NCBI GenBank assembly: GCA_013177855.1
Contig: JABLYA010000001.1
Location: 2,000,983-2,064,982, forward strand
Reading direction: 5' to 3'
Length of the DNA: 64,000 bases
DNA from: Ignavibacteria bacterium
GTDB lineage: Bacteria; Bacteroidota; Ignavibacteria; Ch128b
Shown: positions 38,525 to 49,406 of the stretch, in pieces
Layout: every line of letters starts with the position of its first letter
How positions within the stretch are numbered: the stretch's first letter is position 1
Notes under the pieces: generated by a model
What the model was told of the DNA's origin: nothing
Database searches by the model: none
The model's input: the letters and a program-made list of their open reading frames with translations, nothing else
Made by a program: the position numbers and the translations under genes

Positions 38525-40375
38525 TTAAAGATTTTCTGATTGGATTCTTTTAATTAATTCTCTTACTTCTGATACAAAAATAGAATCAGGAAATTCTGTA
38601 AGCAATTTGTTGAAAGTTTGTTCAGCTCGCATCTTGTCTTTTAAGCCATAAAGATACACCTGGCCAATTCTCATTAAGGCTCGATCGGAATAAATTGTTT
38701 TTTCCTTCAATTCATAAAGATAATTTAATTGAGCCAGGGCGTTTGAAAAATCATTGGTTGTGATATAAAGTTCAGCTAATGTAAGTCTCAATTTGTTTTG
38801 AAATATAGAATAATCATCATCAAGTTTTAGTGAATTTATTTTTCGAATTGCTTCCTGATATTTTTTACTATCAATCAGCTTTTGAATCTCAAGATAAAGT
38901 TTTAGTTGGTTTGGATTGTTTTCCTGTTCGGTGATTATCATTAAGAATTCAATTGCATCGTTTGCAACATCGTTTGTATTTGTTCTTTTAATTATATTCA
39001 AAACTGATTTAGCTGAATCATAAAGACTTTTTGCAATTAAAATTTCTGCAATTTGAAATTGAGCAGAATATCTTTCTGTTTCACTTGCTCGTGAAAATGT
39101 TCTGACTTTTTCATATTGCTCAATGGCTTTGTCATTATTTCCTTCCAGATATTCGATATCACCAAGAAGTAATAAACCTCTGGCATAAAAATCAGTCAGG
39201 ACATAATCATTAACTAATCTTTGAAGTAGTTGTTTAGCTTTTGAAAAATTCTGGTAATGTTCTTTATAGAAAAGAGCAGTTTTATAGATAGCTTCTGCTA
39301 CGAGGTTTGGCAAAGTGTAATTTGACAAAATGATATTATAGTATTGGATAGATTCTTTAAGATTTCTATTGTTTGTATCGGCTGAAGGTTTGTAAGTTTT
39401 CCAGAATAAATCAGGTGAGTTCATTTCGTTTTCGAATAATTTTTCATATGATCTGGCAAGGCCAATTACCGACATTGCTTCCAGATCTTTTTTCTCTTTA
39501 TAATTTTTTAAAATAAACTCGTAACCTTTGACAGCTTCTTCAATTACACCTTCCTGATAAGCACGATTAGAAAAATCTAAAATTTCATACCCATTGGCAT
39601 TGGTTAGTTTTTCAATTTCAATTGTAAGATCGAAAGCTTTTTTGAAATCTCTATTTTGAAAATAAAGCCAGGTCAAAATTTTTAGTATTGGGAAACTTCT
39701 TCGGTCAAAATTTTTTTCAAAGATTTCGATTGAGGTTTTGAGGGCAACAGGATTGGTGATCATTTGAGCAAGTTTATTTTGAACAAAAGTGATTTGTTGT
39801 GGTTGCTTCTTGAGTAATTCGATCATTTCAGTGCAGGCTTTGGGGTAATTCATTAAGATAGAATTAATGTTTATCAAGTCGATTATGAACATCTCATTGT
39901 CTGATATTCGAGACTTACCTTCTTCGAGGACATAATTAGCATAATCAAACATCCTGTTTTGAATTAAAACATTTGAGATAAACTTATAACTCATTGGATT
40001 TTTTGGATCACGGCGAATTCCTTCACGGATATAATAATCTACCGAATCTTTAATACCTTTTCTTTCATAAAGTACTGCTATTTCGGCATAGGTATTAAAA
40101 TCATTTGGATTTGCATTTAATCTTTTTTTTAATAGTTCAATAGCTTCGTCATACCTTTTTAATTGCGTCAGCATTCTATAGTAAGCGTCGTAAAATTGGA
40201 ATTGTGAGGGAAATTGAAAATAAAGTTCACGATAAAGTTCAAATGCTTTGTCATAATTCCCAAGACTCTCATAACTTTGTGCAAGTCTGAACTTGTTCCA
40301 ATCGTCTTGAGTTTGTGAATAAAGATTGGTTGTAATTAAAGCTAAAATTAAGATTAATATTTTTTTCGAATTCAT
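38525..40375 (-). CDS. Secreted tetratricopeptide (TPR) repeat protein
   Basis: Signal peptide plus multiple TPR-like helical repeats; 10-nt gap to clpX. Confidence 0.6.
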   Translation of the reverse strand: MNSKKILILILALITTNLYSQTQDDWNKFRLAQSYESLGNYDKAFELYRELYFQFPSQFQFYDAYYRMLTQLKRYDEAIELLKKRLNANPNDFNTYAEIAVLYERKGIKDSVDYYIREGIRRDPKNPMSYKFISNVLIQNRMFDYANYVLEEGKSRISDNEMFIIDLININSILMNYPKACTEMIELLKKQPQQITFVQNKLAQMITNPVALKTSIEIFEKNFDRRSFPILKILTWLYFQNRDFKKAFDLTIEIEKLTNANGYEILDFSNRAYQEGVIEEAVKGYEFILKNYKEKKDLEAMSVIGLARSYEKLFENEMNSPDLFWKTYKPSADTNNRNLKESIQYYNIILSNYTLPNLVAEAIYKTALFYKEHYQNFSKAKQLLQRLVNDYVLTDFYARGLLLLGDIEYLEGNNDKAIEQYEKVRTFSRASETERYSAQFQIAEILIAKSLYDSAKSVLNIIKRTNTNDVANDAIEFLMIITEQENNPNQLKLYLEIQKLIDSKKYQEAIRKINSLKLDDDYSIFQNKLRLTLAELYITTNDFSNALAQLNYLYELKEKTIYSDRALMRIGQVYLYGLKDKMRAEQTFNKLLTEFPDSIFVSEVRELIKRIQSENL

Positions 40376-40627
40376 TTCACCACGAAAATATTTTTGACAA
40401 TTTAGTCACTTTAATCATTCAGAACAATAAAAAGTTTCGTTAGAGAAATAGGTTTAGGTACAGGATTTAAATTGAAATCTTTGTTGAATTATGATTTTTA
40501 ATGATTGAAGTTAATGGTTTATTGATGAGAAAATTTTTATTGCATTTACAAATCAAATTGAAGAATAATTTTCTGTATGGAAAAAATTTTAAGTTAATGT
40601 TAGTTTGCAATGCGGAAAATTGTTTTT

Positions 40628-40700
40628 GCCCCCGTAGCTCAGCTGGATAGAGCACCGGCCTCCGGAGCCGGACGCACAGGTTCGAGTCCTGTCGGGGGTA
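40628..40700 (+). tRNA. tRNA-Arg (anticodon CCG)
   Basis: Cloverleaf read by eye: acceptor GCCCCCG/CGGGGGU (G1-U72), D-arm GCTC-AGCTGGATA-GAGC, anticodon stem CCGGC/GCCGG with loop CUCCGGA, T-arm ACAGG-TTCGAGT-CCTGT. CCA is not encoded. Confidence 0.8.
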
Positions 40701-40749
40701 CAGTTTTTCTTTGAATTTTAAATAAGAGAGTAAATTGATGGAGAACAAA

Positions 40750-41166
40750 ATGAAAGTATCTAAAGAATTTCATTGGGAAATGGCTCATCGTTTGCCTTTT
40801 CATTCAGGAAGATGTAGAAATCTACATGGACATTCTTACAAAGCTTTAGTCCAGTTCGAAGGCGAGTTGAATCAAAATGGAATGTTAATTGATTTCTACG
40901 ATATTTTTAGTATTGTAAATCCAATTATAGATGAGATGGACCATTCGATAATTTGTGATATAAATGATAAGGAGTTAATTGAAATTGCTCAAAAAATTAA
41001 TGAACGAATTGTGATTATTGATAAACCAACAACCGCTGAAAATATTTCAATTTATATTGCAGAAAATATTTTGAAATCTAAATTACCTGAAAATTTAGTG
41101 TCAGTTACTGTCATGGTTTATGAAACTTCTGATGCTTTTGCTGAATATTCAGTAAGAATTAAATAA
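40750..41166 (+). CDS. queD: 6-carboxy-5,6,7,8-tetrahydropterin synthase QueD
   Basis: [11 protein letters not shown]...CRNLHGHSY motif of the QueD/PTPS family. The start could alternatively be 40735 or 40738. Confidence 0.85.
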   Translation: MKVSKEFHWEMAHRLPFHSGRCRNLHGHSYKALVQFEGELNQNGMLIDFYDIFSIVNPIIDEMDHSIICDINDKELIEIAQKINERIVIIDKPTTAENISIYIAENILKSKLPENLVSVTVMVYETSDAFAEYSVRIK

Positions 41167-41185
41167 ATTCTGGAGTGAATTGCTT

Positions 41186-41893
41186 ATGTCTGACAAAGGA
41201 GTAAATTCAAACAAAAAACTTGCTGTGGTTCTTGCAAGTGGTGGAATGGATAGTTGCGTAACTACTGCAATAGCAGCTCAGGATTATGAGCTCGCAATGC
41301 TTCATTTAAATTATGGCCAAAGAACCGAGAAAAGAGAACTTAAAGCTTTCAATGATCTGGCTGATTATTTTAAAGCAAAATATAGACTCGTACTTGATAC
41401 AGATTTCTTCAGAAAAATCGGTGGCTCATCACTAACTGATCAGAACATTGAAGTAAGTCAGGCAAACTTAAATTCAACCGAAATTCCATCTTCCTATGTG
41501 CCTTTCCGAAATGCAAACATTTTGGCTATGGCAGTTGCCTGGGCAGAAGTCATTGGAGCCGAAAAAATTTTTATCGGTGCAGTTGAGGAAGATTCGTCTG
41601 GATATCCTGATTGCAGAAAAATTTTTTATGAAAAATTTAATGAATTAATTAAAGTTGGAACCAAACCTACAACAAACATAACAATTGAAACCCCGATCAT
41701 CTCAATGAAAAAATATGAAATCGTGAAAAAGGGGATTGAACTTAATGCACCATTTCATCTGACATGGAGTTGTTATAAAGATGAAGATTTAGCCTGCGGA
41801 GTTTGTGACAGCTGTGCATTGAGATTGCGAGGGTTTCAATTGGCTGGTGTTGAAGATCCAATTCCTTATAGAGTAAAACCAAAATATATTTGA
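41186..41893 (+). CDS. queC: 7-cyano-7-deazaguanine synthase QueC
   Basis: PP-loop [11 protein letters not shown] and a C-terminal Zn-binding CGVCDSC. Confidence 0.9.
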   Translation: MSDKGVNSNKKLAVVLASGGMDSCVTTAIAAQDYELAMLHLNYGQRTEKRELKAFNDLADYFKAKYRLVLDTDFFRKIGGSSLTDQNIEVSQANLNSTEIPSSYVPFRNANILAMAVAWAEVIGAEKIFIGAVEEDSSGYPDCRKIFYEKFNELIKVGTKPTTNITIETPIISMKKYEIVKKGIELNAPFHLTWSCYKDEDLACGVCDSCALRLRGFQLAGVEDPIPYRVKPKYI

Positions 41894-41894
41894 G

Positions 41895-42263
41895 GTGATT
41901 ATGAACGAGAAATATAAAATTCTTGAAACATTTGATAATCAATATCCCGATCGTGATTATTTAATTACTCATGTTCAACCTGAATTTACTTCTGTGTGTC
42001 CTAAAACAGGCAATCCAGATTTTGGAAAAATTACAATTGAATACATACCAGATAAGAAATGTGTCGAGTTGAAATCTTTGAAATATTACTTCAATTCATT
42101 TCGTAATGATGGAATTTTTTACGAAAGCGTTGTCAATTTTATTTTAGATGATCTGGTAAAAGTTTTACAACCAAGATATATGAAAGTCACTGGTGAGTTT
42201 AACCCAAGAGGCGGAATGTATTCCATAGTAGTTGCTGAATATCCTTATAAGAAATCTCAATAA
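41895..42263 (+). CDS. queF: NADPH-dependent 7-cyano-7-deazaguanine reductase QueF (type I, unimodular)
   Basis: Catalytic Cys in [15 protein letters not shown] and QueF motif E(x)KSLKYY. Confidence 0.9.
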   Translation: MIMNEKYKILETFDNQYPDRDYLITHVQPEFTSVCPKTGNPDFGKITIEYIPDKKCVELKSLKYYFNSFRNDGIFYESVVNFILDDLVKVLQPRYMKVTGEFNPRGGMYSIVVAEYPYKKSQ

Positions 42264-42274
42264 GTCTTATTGCG

Positions 42275-42898
42275 ATGATTAAAACTCTAACATTATATAT
42301 TGGCGGTGTGATTGTATTTTTGCTTGGAATGATTGCTTATGGAATTTTTCTTGATTTGAGAAAATCCAGTTTAGATGAATTACTAATAGAGAGGAAAATT
42401 ACAAAGATCGAAAAACCGAAGCTTGTAATTAATAGAATTGATTACAAGCTTCATTTTTATGTTGATACAATTTTAATTAAGACTTATAACATTGCTCTGG
42501 GTGGAAATCCAAAATATTCGAAACAAAGCCGTGAAGATCGATACACTCCAGTTGGAGATTATTTTATTTGCTCAAAGAAAATTACGACAGGTCTTGGCAA
42601 AGTTCTAATTCTCAATTATCCTTCACTTGAAGATGCAGTAAGAGGATTGAGAGATGGTTTAATCTCGGAAAAAGAATTTCAACTCATTCAGGAAAGTTAT
42701 TACAAGAAAGAATGCCCGCCAATGGATACAAAACTCGGCGGCTATGTAAAAATTCATGGTAATGGAAAATTCGATTTTATATTGAGAAATCTTCCATTTG
42801 TTTTCAACTGGACAGATGGTTCAATTGCAGTAAATAATTCAGAAATTGAGGAATTATATGAATCTTGCCCGATTGGTACTCCTGTTTACATTTATTAA
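42275..42898 (+). CDS. L,D-transpeptidase (YkuD)-like domain protein with Ser at the expected catalytic Cys position
   Basis: N-terminal TM. YkuD-like H...(S/T)xGC motif region: KIHGNGKF...FVFNWTDGSIAV, with the H retained and TDGS where SHGC is expected. The motif is recalled from memory. Confidence 0.4.
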   Translation: MIKTLTLYIGGVIVFLLGMIAYGIFLDLRKSSLDELLIERKITKIEKPKLVINRIDYKLHFYVDTILIKTYNIALGGNPKYSKQSREDRYTPVGDYFICSKKITTGLGKVLILNYPSLEDAVRGLRDGLISEKEFQLIQESYYKKECPPMDTKLGGYVKIHGNGKFDFILRNLPFVFNWTDGSIAVNNSEIEELYESCPIGTPVYIY

Positions 42899-43475
42899 TC
42901 TCCTGGTTTTTGTTTCATGTTCTAAAAAAACCGAGGAAAAACCTGAGACACCTTTGGTTATTGATACAATTACAATTAAAAAGATTAACTCCGTTGCTTT
43001 TTCCGATTCTGTTTTAGATAGGAAAGTTTTAATTGCCTATTACGATGACTCTCTAAAATCTATTAATGGAATTTTTGTTGAACCAAATTATGGCGTTGGT
43101 TTTTTTATTCTAAATCCTTTCGATTCAATAAACACAATTACATTTAAGTCTCAAGTTTTAGATGGAATTCTTGAAGGTTCTGAAGTAGATACAATAAAAT
43201 TAGAAGGAAATAAAAAATTACTTTATTACAACAGTGGATCAGCATTTATTGGTTCAAGCAATTTAGAGGTTTATCAGTATCTTTTTTCACCTGAAGAAAG
43301 GGTTATTTATTCTTCGTATACTTCGTTGGTTGAAAATGGAATAGTAGAAATGACTTATTCACAAAATCTGAAAGATAAATCAAAGTCATACATCGTCGAT
43401 TTCTTCAAAAATCAAATTCAAAAAAATTTTATAGATGATCTTGCAGAAAGAAAAATTAAATTAAAATATGAGTAA
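42858..43475 (+). CDS. Lipoprotein, hypothetical
   Basis: Lipobox LVFVSC with signal peptide. RBS gagg lies before the ATG at 42858. Confidence 0.5.
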   Translation: MNLARLVLLFTFINLLVFVSCSKKTEEKPETPLVIDTITIKKINSVAFSDSVLDRKVLIAYYDDSLKSINGIFVEPNYGVGFFILNPFDSINTITFKSQVLDGILEGSEVDTIKLEGNKKLLYYNSGSAFIGSSNLEVYQYLFSPEERVIYSSYTSLVENGIVEMTYSQNLKDKSKSYIVDFFKNQIQKNFIDDLAERKIKLKYE

Positions 43476-44550
43476 AAACATTTTTTTAACTGGTTTCCCT
43501 GGATTTATTGCTTCACGCTTGATCCCTAAAATTCTTCAAAACAGGGAGGAGAGCAGAGCTTATTTACTTGTTCAGAAAAAATTTTTTGATACTGCAAACA
43601 AACAAATTCAAAAACTTGAAACTGAATTTAATTTTCTTAGAAACAGATTGATACCCGTTGAAGGAGATCTAACCTTACCTGAATTGGGTATTGATAAAAC
43701 AAAAATTGATACTAATTCGATTTCAGAGATTTTTAATTTAGCCGCAGTTTATGACTTGAGAGTTTCAAAAGATCTTGCCTATAAAGTAAATGTGAATGGA
43801 ACTGAAAATATTGTTTCATTTGCAAGTCAACTGCCGCATCTTAAAAAATTTCATCATATAAGCACCTGCTATGTTGCTGGCTGGCACAAAGGTGAATTCA
43901 CCGAAGATGATTTTGACAAAGGTCAATCTTTCAAAAATTATTATGAAGAGACGAAGTTTTTATCAGAAAAAATCATTCGAGAAAATAAAGATAAGATTCC
44001 ATTTGTAATTTATAGACCTTCAATTGTCATTGGGGATTCAAAGACAGGTGAAACAAATAAATTTGATGGCCCTTATCCAGTCATTTTTTTGATTGATAAA
44101 CTTCCGAGAACTTTTGTGATGACTCAAATCGGAACAGGTGCTAATCCTGTAAATCTAATTTCAGTCGATTATGTTGTCGAAAGTATCGCTGCTTTATCTC
44201 AGTTGAATGATGTTTATCAGACTTATCATCTCTGCGATCCCGAACCTCTAAATCAAATTCAACTTATAAAATTATTCTCACAAACATTGAATAAAAAATT
44301 GCTGACGATTAAAGTAAATAAAGATTTTGTGAGAGCTTTGATGAAAGTCAGATTTATTTCAAATCTTACCGGTTTGTATCCAGAAATGATTGACTATTTT
44401 GACCATAATTTAATTCTTAAATGCGATAAAACCCTTCAAGCTTTGAGACAATACAATTTATCCCCGCCAAAACTTGAGAACTATATCGATAGGATTATTG
44501 ATTTTGCTTTGAAAAATCGAGATGTTGTTTCTAAGAAAGGTCTTTGGTAA
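43468..44550 (+). CDS. SDR-family NAD(P)-dependent oxidoreductase (NAD_binding_4 / thioester-reductase-like)
   Basis: N-terminal Rossmann motif FLTGFPGFIASRL and a YxxxK-type region; ~360 aa. Confidence 0.5.
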   Translation: MSKNIFLTGFPGFIASRLIPKILQNREESRAYLLVQKKFFDTANKQIQKLETEFNFLRNRLIPVEGDLTLPELGIDKTKIDTNSISEIFNLAAVYDLRVSKDLAYKVNVNGTENIVSFASQLPHLKKFHHISTCYVAGWHKGEFTEDDFDKGQSFKNYYEETKFLSEKIIRENKDKIPFVIYRPSIVIGDSKTGETNKFDGPYPVIFLIDKLPRTFVMTQIGTGANPVNLISVDYVVESIAALSQLNDVYQTYHLCDPEPLNQIQLIKLFSQTLNKKLLTIKVNKDFVRALMKVRFISNLTGLYPEMIDYFDHNLILKCDKTLQALRQYNLSPPKLENYIDRIIDFALKNRDVVSKKGLW

Positions 44551-44552
44551 AA

Positions 44553-46643
44553 ATGAAATTTTTATCTGGGATCCTTTTGATAATTCTTGTTGAAATCTCT
44601 TTTGCTCAGGATTATGAGCTATCAAATATAAAGTTTGAAGGTAATAAAAATTTTTCAAGTGGTGTATTAAAAGAAATATTGATTTCTCAAGAAACTCCCT
44701 TCTGGTTCTGGAAATTTTTAAATCGTTATGTGAAAAGTCTTGGCAAACCACCAATCTATTTCGATTCGCTCAACATTAATGAGGATATAAGACGAATTGA
44801 AAGGTTTTATCGTGATAACGGTTTTTTTGATTGCTCCGTATCGGCTCGTTATCAATTAAATGATAAAAACAAAAAAGCCGAATTAATCTTTCAAATCGAT
44901 GAAGGTGAGAGATCAAGGATTAGCAGTTATAGATATTACGGGATTGATTCGGCAAAAATTGGCAGCTGGCTTTACCTGAAAATTTTAAAAGAAAAGAAAA
45001 TTGAAGAAGGAAATTTTTTCCAGCGTGAAAAAATTGAAAACGATGCATCTCGAATAGTCTCTGAACTCAGAAATTTTGGATTTATGCTTGCTGATAGAGA
45101 CAGAATTGTTGCAACTATTGATTCAGTTAAAAAAACAGTTGATGTGGAAATTACTTTTAAGCCGAATCGATATTTCACAGTTAGTGAAGTTAGAGTAGAG
45201 AAAAGCGGTATTGCAAAAGATAATGTCGAAGATGAGTTTATTTATAAACTGGTTGGAATTAAATCGGGGGAGAAATATAGTCATTCCAAAAATCTTGAAG
45301 GTCAGCTAAGACTTTACAGGACAGGTTTATTTACATCTTCGCTTGTTTCCGGTGTTGTTGCCGAAACAACTCACTCAACAGTACCTATTAATATCAGTGT
45401 CGATGTTGGAAAGATGAATGAACTTGGTCCAGAAATTATTGTTAATAATCAGACTAACAGATTTAATGTTGGACTTGGACTGAACTACACACGTAAAAAC
45501 TTTTTTGGGAATGCGAGAAAGCTCACAATTGAGGGGACAGTTGTAACTCAAGATATTTTTAATATCAATTATAAAAATGTTTTTGGTAAAAACGGATTAA
45601 AAGATACAACATTGCTCGGATTGGTTGGAATAAATTTAAGCATCGAACAACCTTATTTATTTTATAAAGATATCAAAGGTAAACTTGAATTTTTTGCTTC
45701 GGCTGAGCAGCAGAAATTTTATCGATATTATACAGCTGGTTCAAAACTTTCTTTCCTTTTTGAATTGCCTAAATTTGTAATGTTTAATAATTACAGTTTT
45801 TACCTCGGATACGAGTCAGAAAATATCAGTTTCAAACCGCAGCTTCCTTTCGATTATATCAAAGGTATTTTAATAAATTCTGGTTTTCCAATTTCACCTG
45901 AAGATACAACTGAATCAATGATCAAAAGTGAAAGCGAATCATTTCTCGATCATTCCAACACCATTCTTGGTGTGGACTTATTCGCCAATCATGCAAATGA
46001 TATTTTTTATCCGACCAGCGGTTATAATCTTCAGCTTTCGCTTGAGTACACAGGACTCCTGCCATACCTGAAAAATCTTTTGAGTGAGAAAAAAGATCGA
46101 AACATTCAATATTATAAAACTTTGGTTGGAGTGAATGTTTATACCAATCCATTTAAACCAAGTCGTGGCGCTGTAGCTTATAAATTAAGATTAGGTTACA
46201 TCCAGAAAATTGAAGGTGAAAAATCTATTTCTCAAAATAAACTCTACTACGCTGGTGGAAGTAACTCTGTTAGAGGATGGCGGGCAAGAGGACTTGGTCC
46301 AACATTTAGCTTTGTAGATGATCAAGGAAAATTAATCACCATCAGCGAAATTGGCGGAAGAGTTTTACTTGAAGGTTCTATTGAAAGCAGAAATATTTTA
46401 TTCGGCGATTTTGGATCGGCTCTGTTTTTTGATTTTGGCAATAGCTGGAGAGATTTGAAATCGGTCTCATTAAAAACTACAGCCTTAACTTTTGGTTTCG
46501 GTTTTAGATATTACACATCGTTTGCACCAATCAGAATTGATATTGGTACACAACTTTATGACCCATATTCTTATAGATTTATTTTCAAACGAGTTTTTCT
46601 GGATGCAATTCAATTTCATCTTGGTATTGGTGAGGCTTTCTAG
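44553..46643 (+). CDS. Omp85-family outer-membrane protein (BamA/TamA-like) with POTRA domain
   Basis: Signal peptide. POTRA (YELSNIKFEGNKNFSSGVLKEIL). The C-terminal beta-barrel ends ...GEAF. Confidence 0.7.
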   Translation: MKFLSGILLIILVEISFAQDYELSNIKFEGNKNFSSGVLKEILISQETPFWFWKFLNRYVKSLGKPPIYFDSLNINEDIRRIERFYRDNGFFDCSVSARYQLNDKNKKAELIFQIDEGERSRISSYRYYGIDSAKIGSWLYLKILKEKKIEEGNFFQREKIENDASRIVSELRNFGFMLADRDRIVATIDSVKKTVDVEITFKPNRYFTVSEVRVEKSGIAKDNVEDEFIYKLVGIKSGEKYSHSKNLEGQLRLYRTGLFTSSLVSGVVAETTHSTVPINISVDVGKMNELGPEIIVNNQTNRFNVGLGLNYTRKNFFGNARKLTIEGTVVTQDIFNINYKNVFGKNGLKDTTLLGLVGINLSIEQPYLFYKDIKGKLEFFASAEQQKFYRYYTAGSKLSFLFELPKFVMFNNYSFYLGYESENISFKPQLPFDYIKGILINSGFPISPEDTTESMIKSESESFLDHSNTILGVDLFANHANDIFYPTSGYNLQLSLEYTGLLPYLKNLLSEKKDRNIQYYKTLVGVNVYTNPFKPSRGAVAYKLRLGYIQKIEGEKSISQNKLYYAGGSNSVRGWRARGLGPTFSFVDDQGKLITISEIGGRVLLEGSIESRNILFGDFGSALFFDFGNSWRDLKSVSLKTTALTFGFGFRYYTSFAPIRIDIGTQLYDPYSYRFIFKRVFLDAIQFHLGIGEAF

Positions 46644-46764
46644 TTTTATACAACTTTTATAGATCATCTTTCAAAATAGTTGAACAAAAATTTGTTTTAT
46701 TCGTTGAGGATGGAAAATTCATTAAAAATCATTTCAAAAAAAATTCAAACTTTAATGGACATCG

Positions 46765-49242
46765 ATGAAAAATTTTAAAATCATAATTGGTATTCTGATT
46801 GTCTTTATTCTCTTTATCTTTTTTTCTTTTTTCTTTGTCAATCGTATCATCAAGAAATCTTTCCCTGAAACTAAAGGAGAAATTGATTTAAAAGGACTGA
46901 AGTCAGAAGTTAAAATCTATCGCGATGATTTTGGAATACCATATATTGAAGCTGAGAATGAAGACGATCTCTTTTTTGCTCTTGGCTTCGTTCATGCTCA
47001 GGATAGGTTATTTCAGATGGATATCACTCGTCGTGCTGGAATGGGCAGACTTGCAGAAGTTTTAGGTTCAAACGCTCTCGAATTTGACTTAATGTTCAGA
47101 ACAACAGGATTTAATGAAATAGCTAAAAAATTATTTGAAAATGCTTCTACTGAAAGTAAAAGAATTTGTAAATCTTATACCGATGGAATAAACGCTTTTA
47201 TAGATTATGCATCTGGTAATTTTTCAATTGAATTCGACTTATTGAATTACCAGCCTGAGAAGTGGGAACCGTATCAGGTTTATTTGATTGCTCGACTAAC
47301 TGCCTGGGAATTAAATCTTGGCTGGTGGGTTGATGTTGTTTACGCTCAGTTACAAAACAAACTTCCACCTGAAAAATTATCTCAACTAATACCAGATTAT
47401 CCTGAAAATGCACCAACAATAATCTCGACGAAATCAAATACTGATCATAAAAATTCACCACAACAAAATTCTCAATTAGGAAAAAATATTTTATCCAAAG
47501 AACTTGTTGATTTGTTAAATCAATTTTATTTGAATAACATCAAAGCAAGACAATTTTTAGGTATGAATGAAACTTATTCGGGAAGTAATTCCTGGGTTGT
47601 ATCAGGAAAACTTTCTGAATCAGGTAAACCAATTCTTGCCAACGATCCTCATTTGATGTATTCAGTTCCATCGAAATGGTATATAGTTTCGCTCAACTCA
47701 CCAACTTTGAAAGTTGCGGGAGTTACAATTCCTGGTTCTCCTTCAGTTGTGATTGGAAAAAACGACAGAATCGCATGGGGATTAACAAATTTGATGTTAG
47801 ATGACTGCGATTTGTATATAGAAAAACTTGATTCCACGGGAACGAAATATTTCTTCAATAATGAGTGGAAAGATTTAAAAATCAAAGTCGATACAATTAA
47901 AATTAAAGACTCATCAGATTTTATCTTTGAAATTAAATCGACACATCGAGGTCCTTTAATCCAATTTGCTAATAAATTTTTGAAGGAATCGAAATTCAAT
48001 CAATCCATTTCAATGAAATGGAGTGGATTTGAAATAAGTGATGAACTTCTGACTTTTTATAAGATCAACAAAGCCCGAAGCTATAAAGAATTTAGAGAAG
48101 CACTCAGGACATTTAATTGTCCCGCTCAAAACTTTTTATGTGCTGATATTGATGGAAATATTTTTTATAAAGCTGGCGGTAAAATTCCAATAAGGAATTA
48201 TTCAAATTTTCTTTCCCCACTTGATGGGACAATGCCAATCAACGATTGGAATTCATATCTAAATTTTGATTTGCAGCCAGAAATTCTAAATCCTGAAAAT
48301 GGTTACATCGCAACAAATAATAACCCGCCAACAGGTGAATTCAAGAAAATAATTGGTAATCTCTGGGAACCTCACTCAAGAGCTGAAAGAATTAATCAAT
48401 TATTGAAAAGCAAAAACAAATTTGATACGGAAGATTTCAAAAAATTTCAGATGGATGTTAATTCTCCATTTGCAAAAGATATTTCATTTCAAATAGTGAA
48501 AGCTTTTGAAAATGTTAATATCAAGAATAAAAATTTGAAACAGGCAGTTGGTTTATTTAAAAATTGGGATGGTGAGCTCAGAAAATTTGATCCGCTTTCA
48601 CTTGTCTATAATGTTTTTCTCATCAATTTGATGAAAAACACTTTCAGAGATGAAATGGGGGATGAACTTTACAAACAATTCCTGTTCGTAGGCAATGTAC
48701 CTTTGCGAGTCATCTATCAGCTAATTAATAATAATTATCCAGACTCTATTTCTGTATTTGATGATTTGAGCACAAGTAAACTCGAAACAAAAGATGAAAT
48801 CATTCGAAATTCCTTGGCTCAGACAATCGAAGAGCTTGAAAAAAGTTTAGGTCAAAATTTTAATGAATGGAGTTGGGGGAATATACATCAGGTAAGATTT
48901 AAGCATTTATTCAGTGGACAAAATAAGCTCATTGATAAATTAATCGATATTGGTCCCTATCCAATTGGTGGTGACCAAACGACTTTATTAAATACAAGTT
49001 TCAAATACTATGAGCCTTATGAAAATTATCTCGGTCCTTCAATGCGTCAGATTGTTGATTTGTCCAGAATTGACAGTTCATTGATAATTATCACAAGCGG
49101 ACAATCGGGGCATATTGGTCACAGAAATTACAAAGATCAAAGTTTGATGTGGTTAAGCGGCGACTATATAAATTTTGTGACTGATAAAAGTAAATTTTCA
49201 AAGTATGAGACTTTGATTCTGAAACCTGTAAGTCCAAATTAA
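46765..49242 (+). CDS. Penicillin/AHL acylase family protein (S45, Ntn-hydrolase)
   Basis: Signal/TM N-terminus. The alpha-spacer-beta architecture has its N-terminal nucleophile at SNSWVVSG. 825 aa. Confidence 0.8.
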   Translation: MKNFKIIIGILIVFILFIFFSFFFVNRIIKKSFPETKGEIDLKGLKSEVKIYRDDFGIPYIEAENEDDLFFALGFVHAQDRLFQMDITRRAGMGRLAEVLGSNALEFDLMFRTTGFNEIAKKLFENASTESKRICKSYTDGINAFIDYASGNFSIEFDLLNYQPEKWEPYQVYLIARLTAWELNLGWWVDVVYAQLQNKLPPEKLSQLIPDYPENAPTIISTKSNTDHKNSPQQNSQLGKNILSKELVDLLNQFYLNNIKARQFLGMNETYSGSNSWVVSGKLSESGKPILANDPHLMYSVPSKWYIVSLNSPTLKVAGVTIPGSPSVVIGKNDRIAWGLTNLMLDDCDLYIEKLDSTGTKYFFNNEWKDLKIKVDTIKIKDSSDFIFEIKSTHRGPLIQFANKFLKESKFNQSISMKWSGFEISDELLTFYKINKARSYKEFREALRTFNCPAQNFLCADIDGNIFYKAGGKIPIRNYSNFLSPLDGTMPINDWNSYLNFDLQPEILNPENGYIATNNNPPTGEFKKIIGNLWEPHSRAERINQLLKSKNKFDTEDFKKFQMDVNSPFAKDISFQIVKAFENVNIKNKNLKQAVGLFKNWDGELRKFDPLSLVYNVFLINLMKNTFRDEMGDELYKQFLFVGNVPLRVIYQLINNNYPDSISVFDDLSTSKLETKDEIIRNSLAQTIEELEKSLGQNFNEWSWGNIHQVRFKHLFSGQNKLIDKLIDIGPYPIGGDQTTLLNTSFKYYEPYENYLGPSMRQIVDLSRIDSSLIIITSGQSGHIGHRNYKDQSLMWLSGDYINFVTDKSKFSKYETLILKPVSPN

Positions 49243-49406
49243 ATTCAGAAATCTGGAATCTTATATATTATTGTCTCAGTATTTTCTTCGGAATAAGAAT
49301 TTCTTATAAGTTTTAACCAATTGAATTATTAACAAATTGTCTAATTGAACATCTTAAACATTATCTTTAACATTGTATTTAATTAATCAAAGAAAAAGGT
49401 GGAAAA

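Noticed and set aside
40467-40748. 93-aa minus-strand ORF
   Set aside because: It overlaps the tRNA-Arg gene antisense and the AT-rich intergenic region, so it is spurious.
44553-46643. Type Vd (patatin-Omp85 fusion, PlpD-like) secretion system
   Set aside because: The Omp85/POTRA protein and the patatin gene are 11 kb apart with unrelated genes between them. There is no fusion or adjacency.
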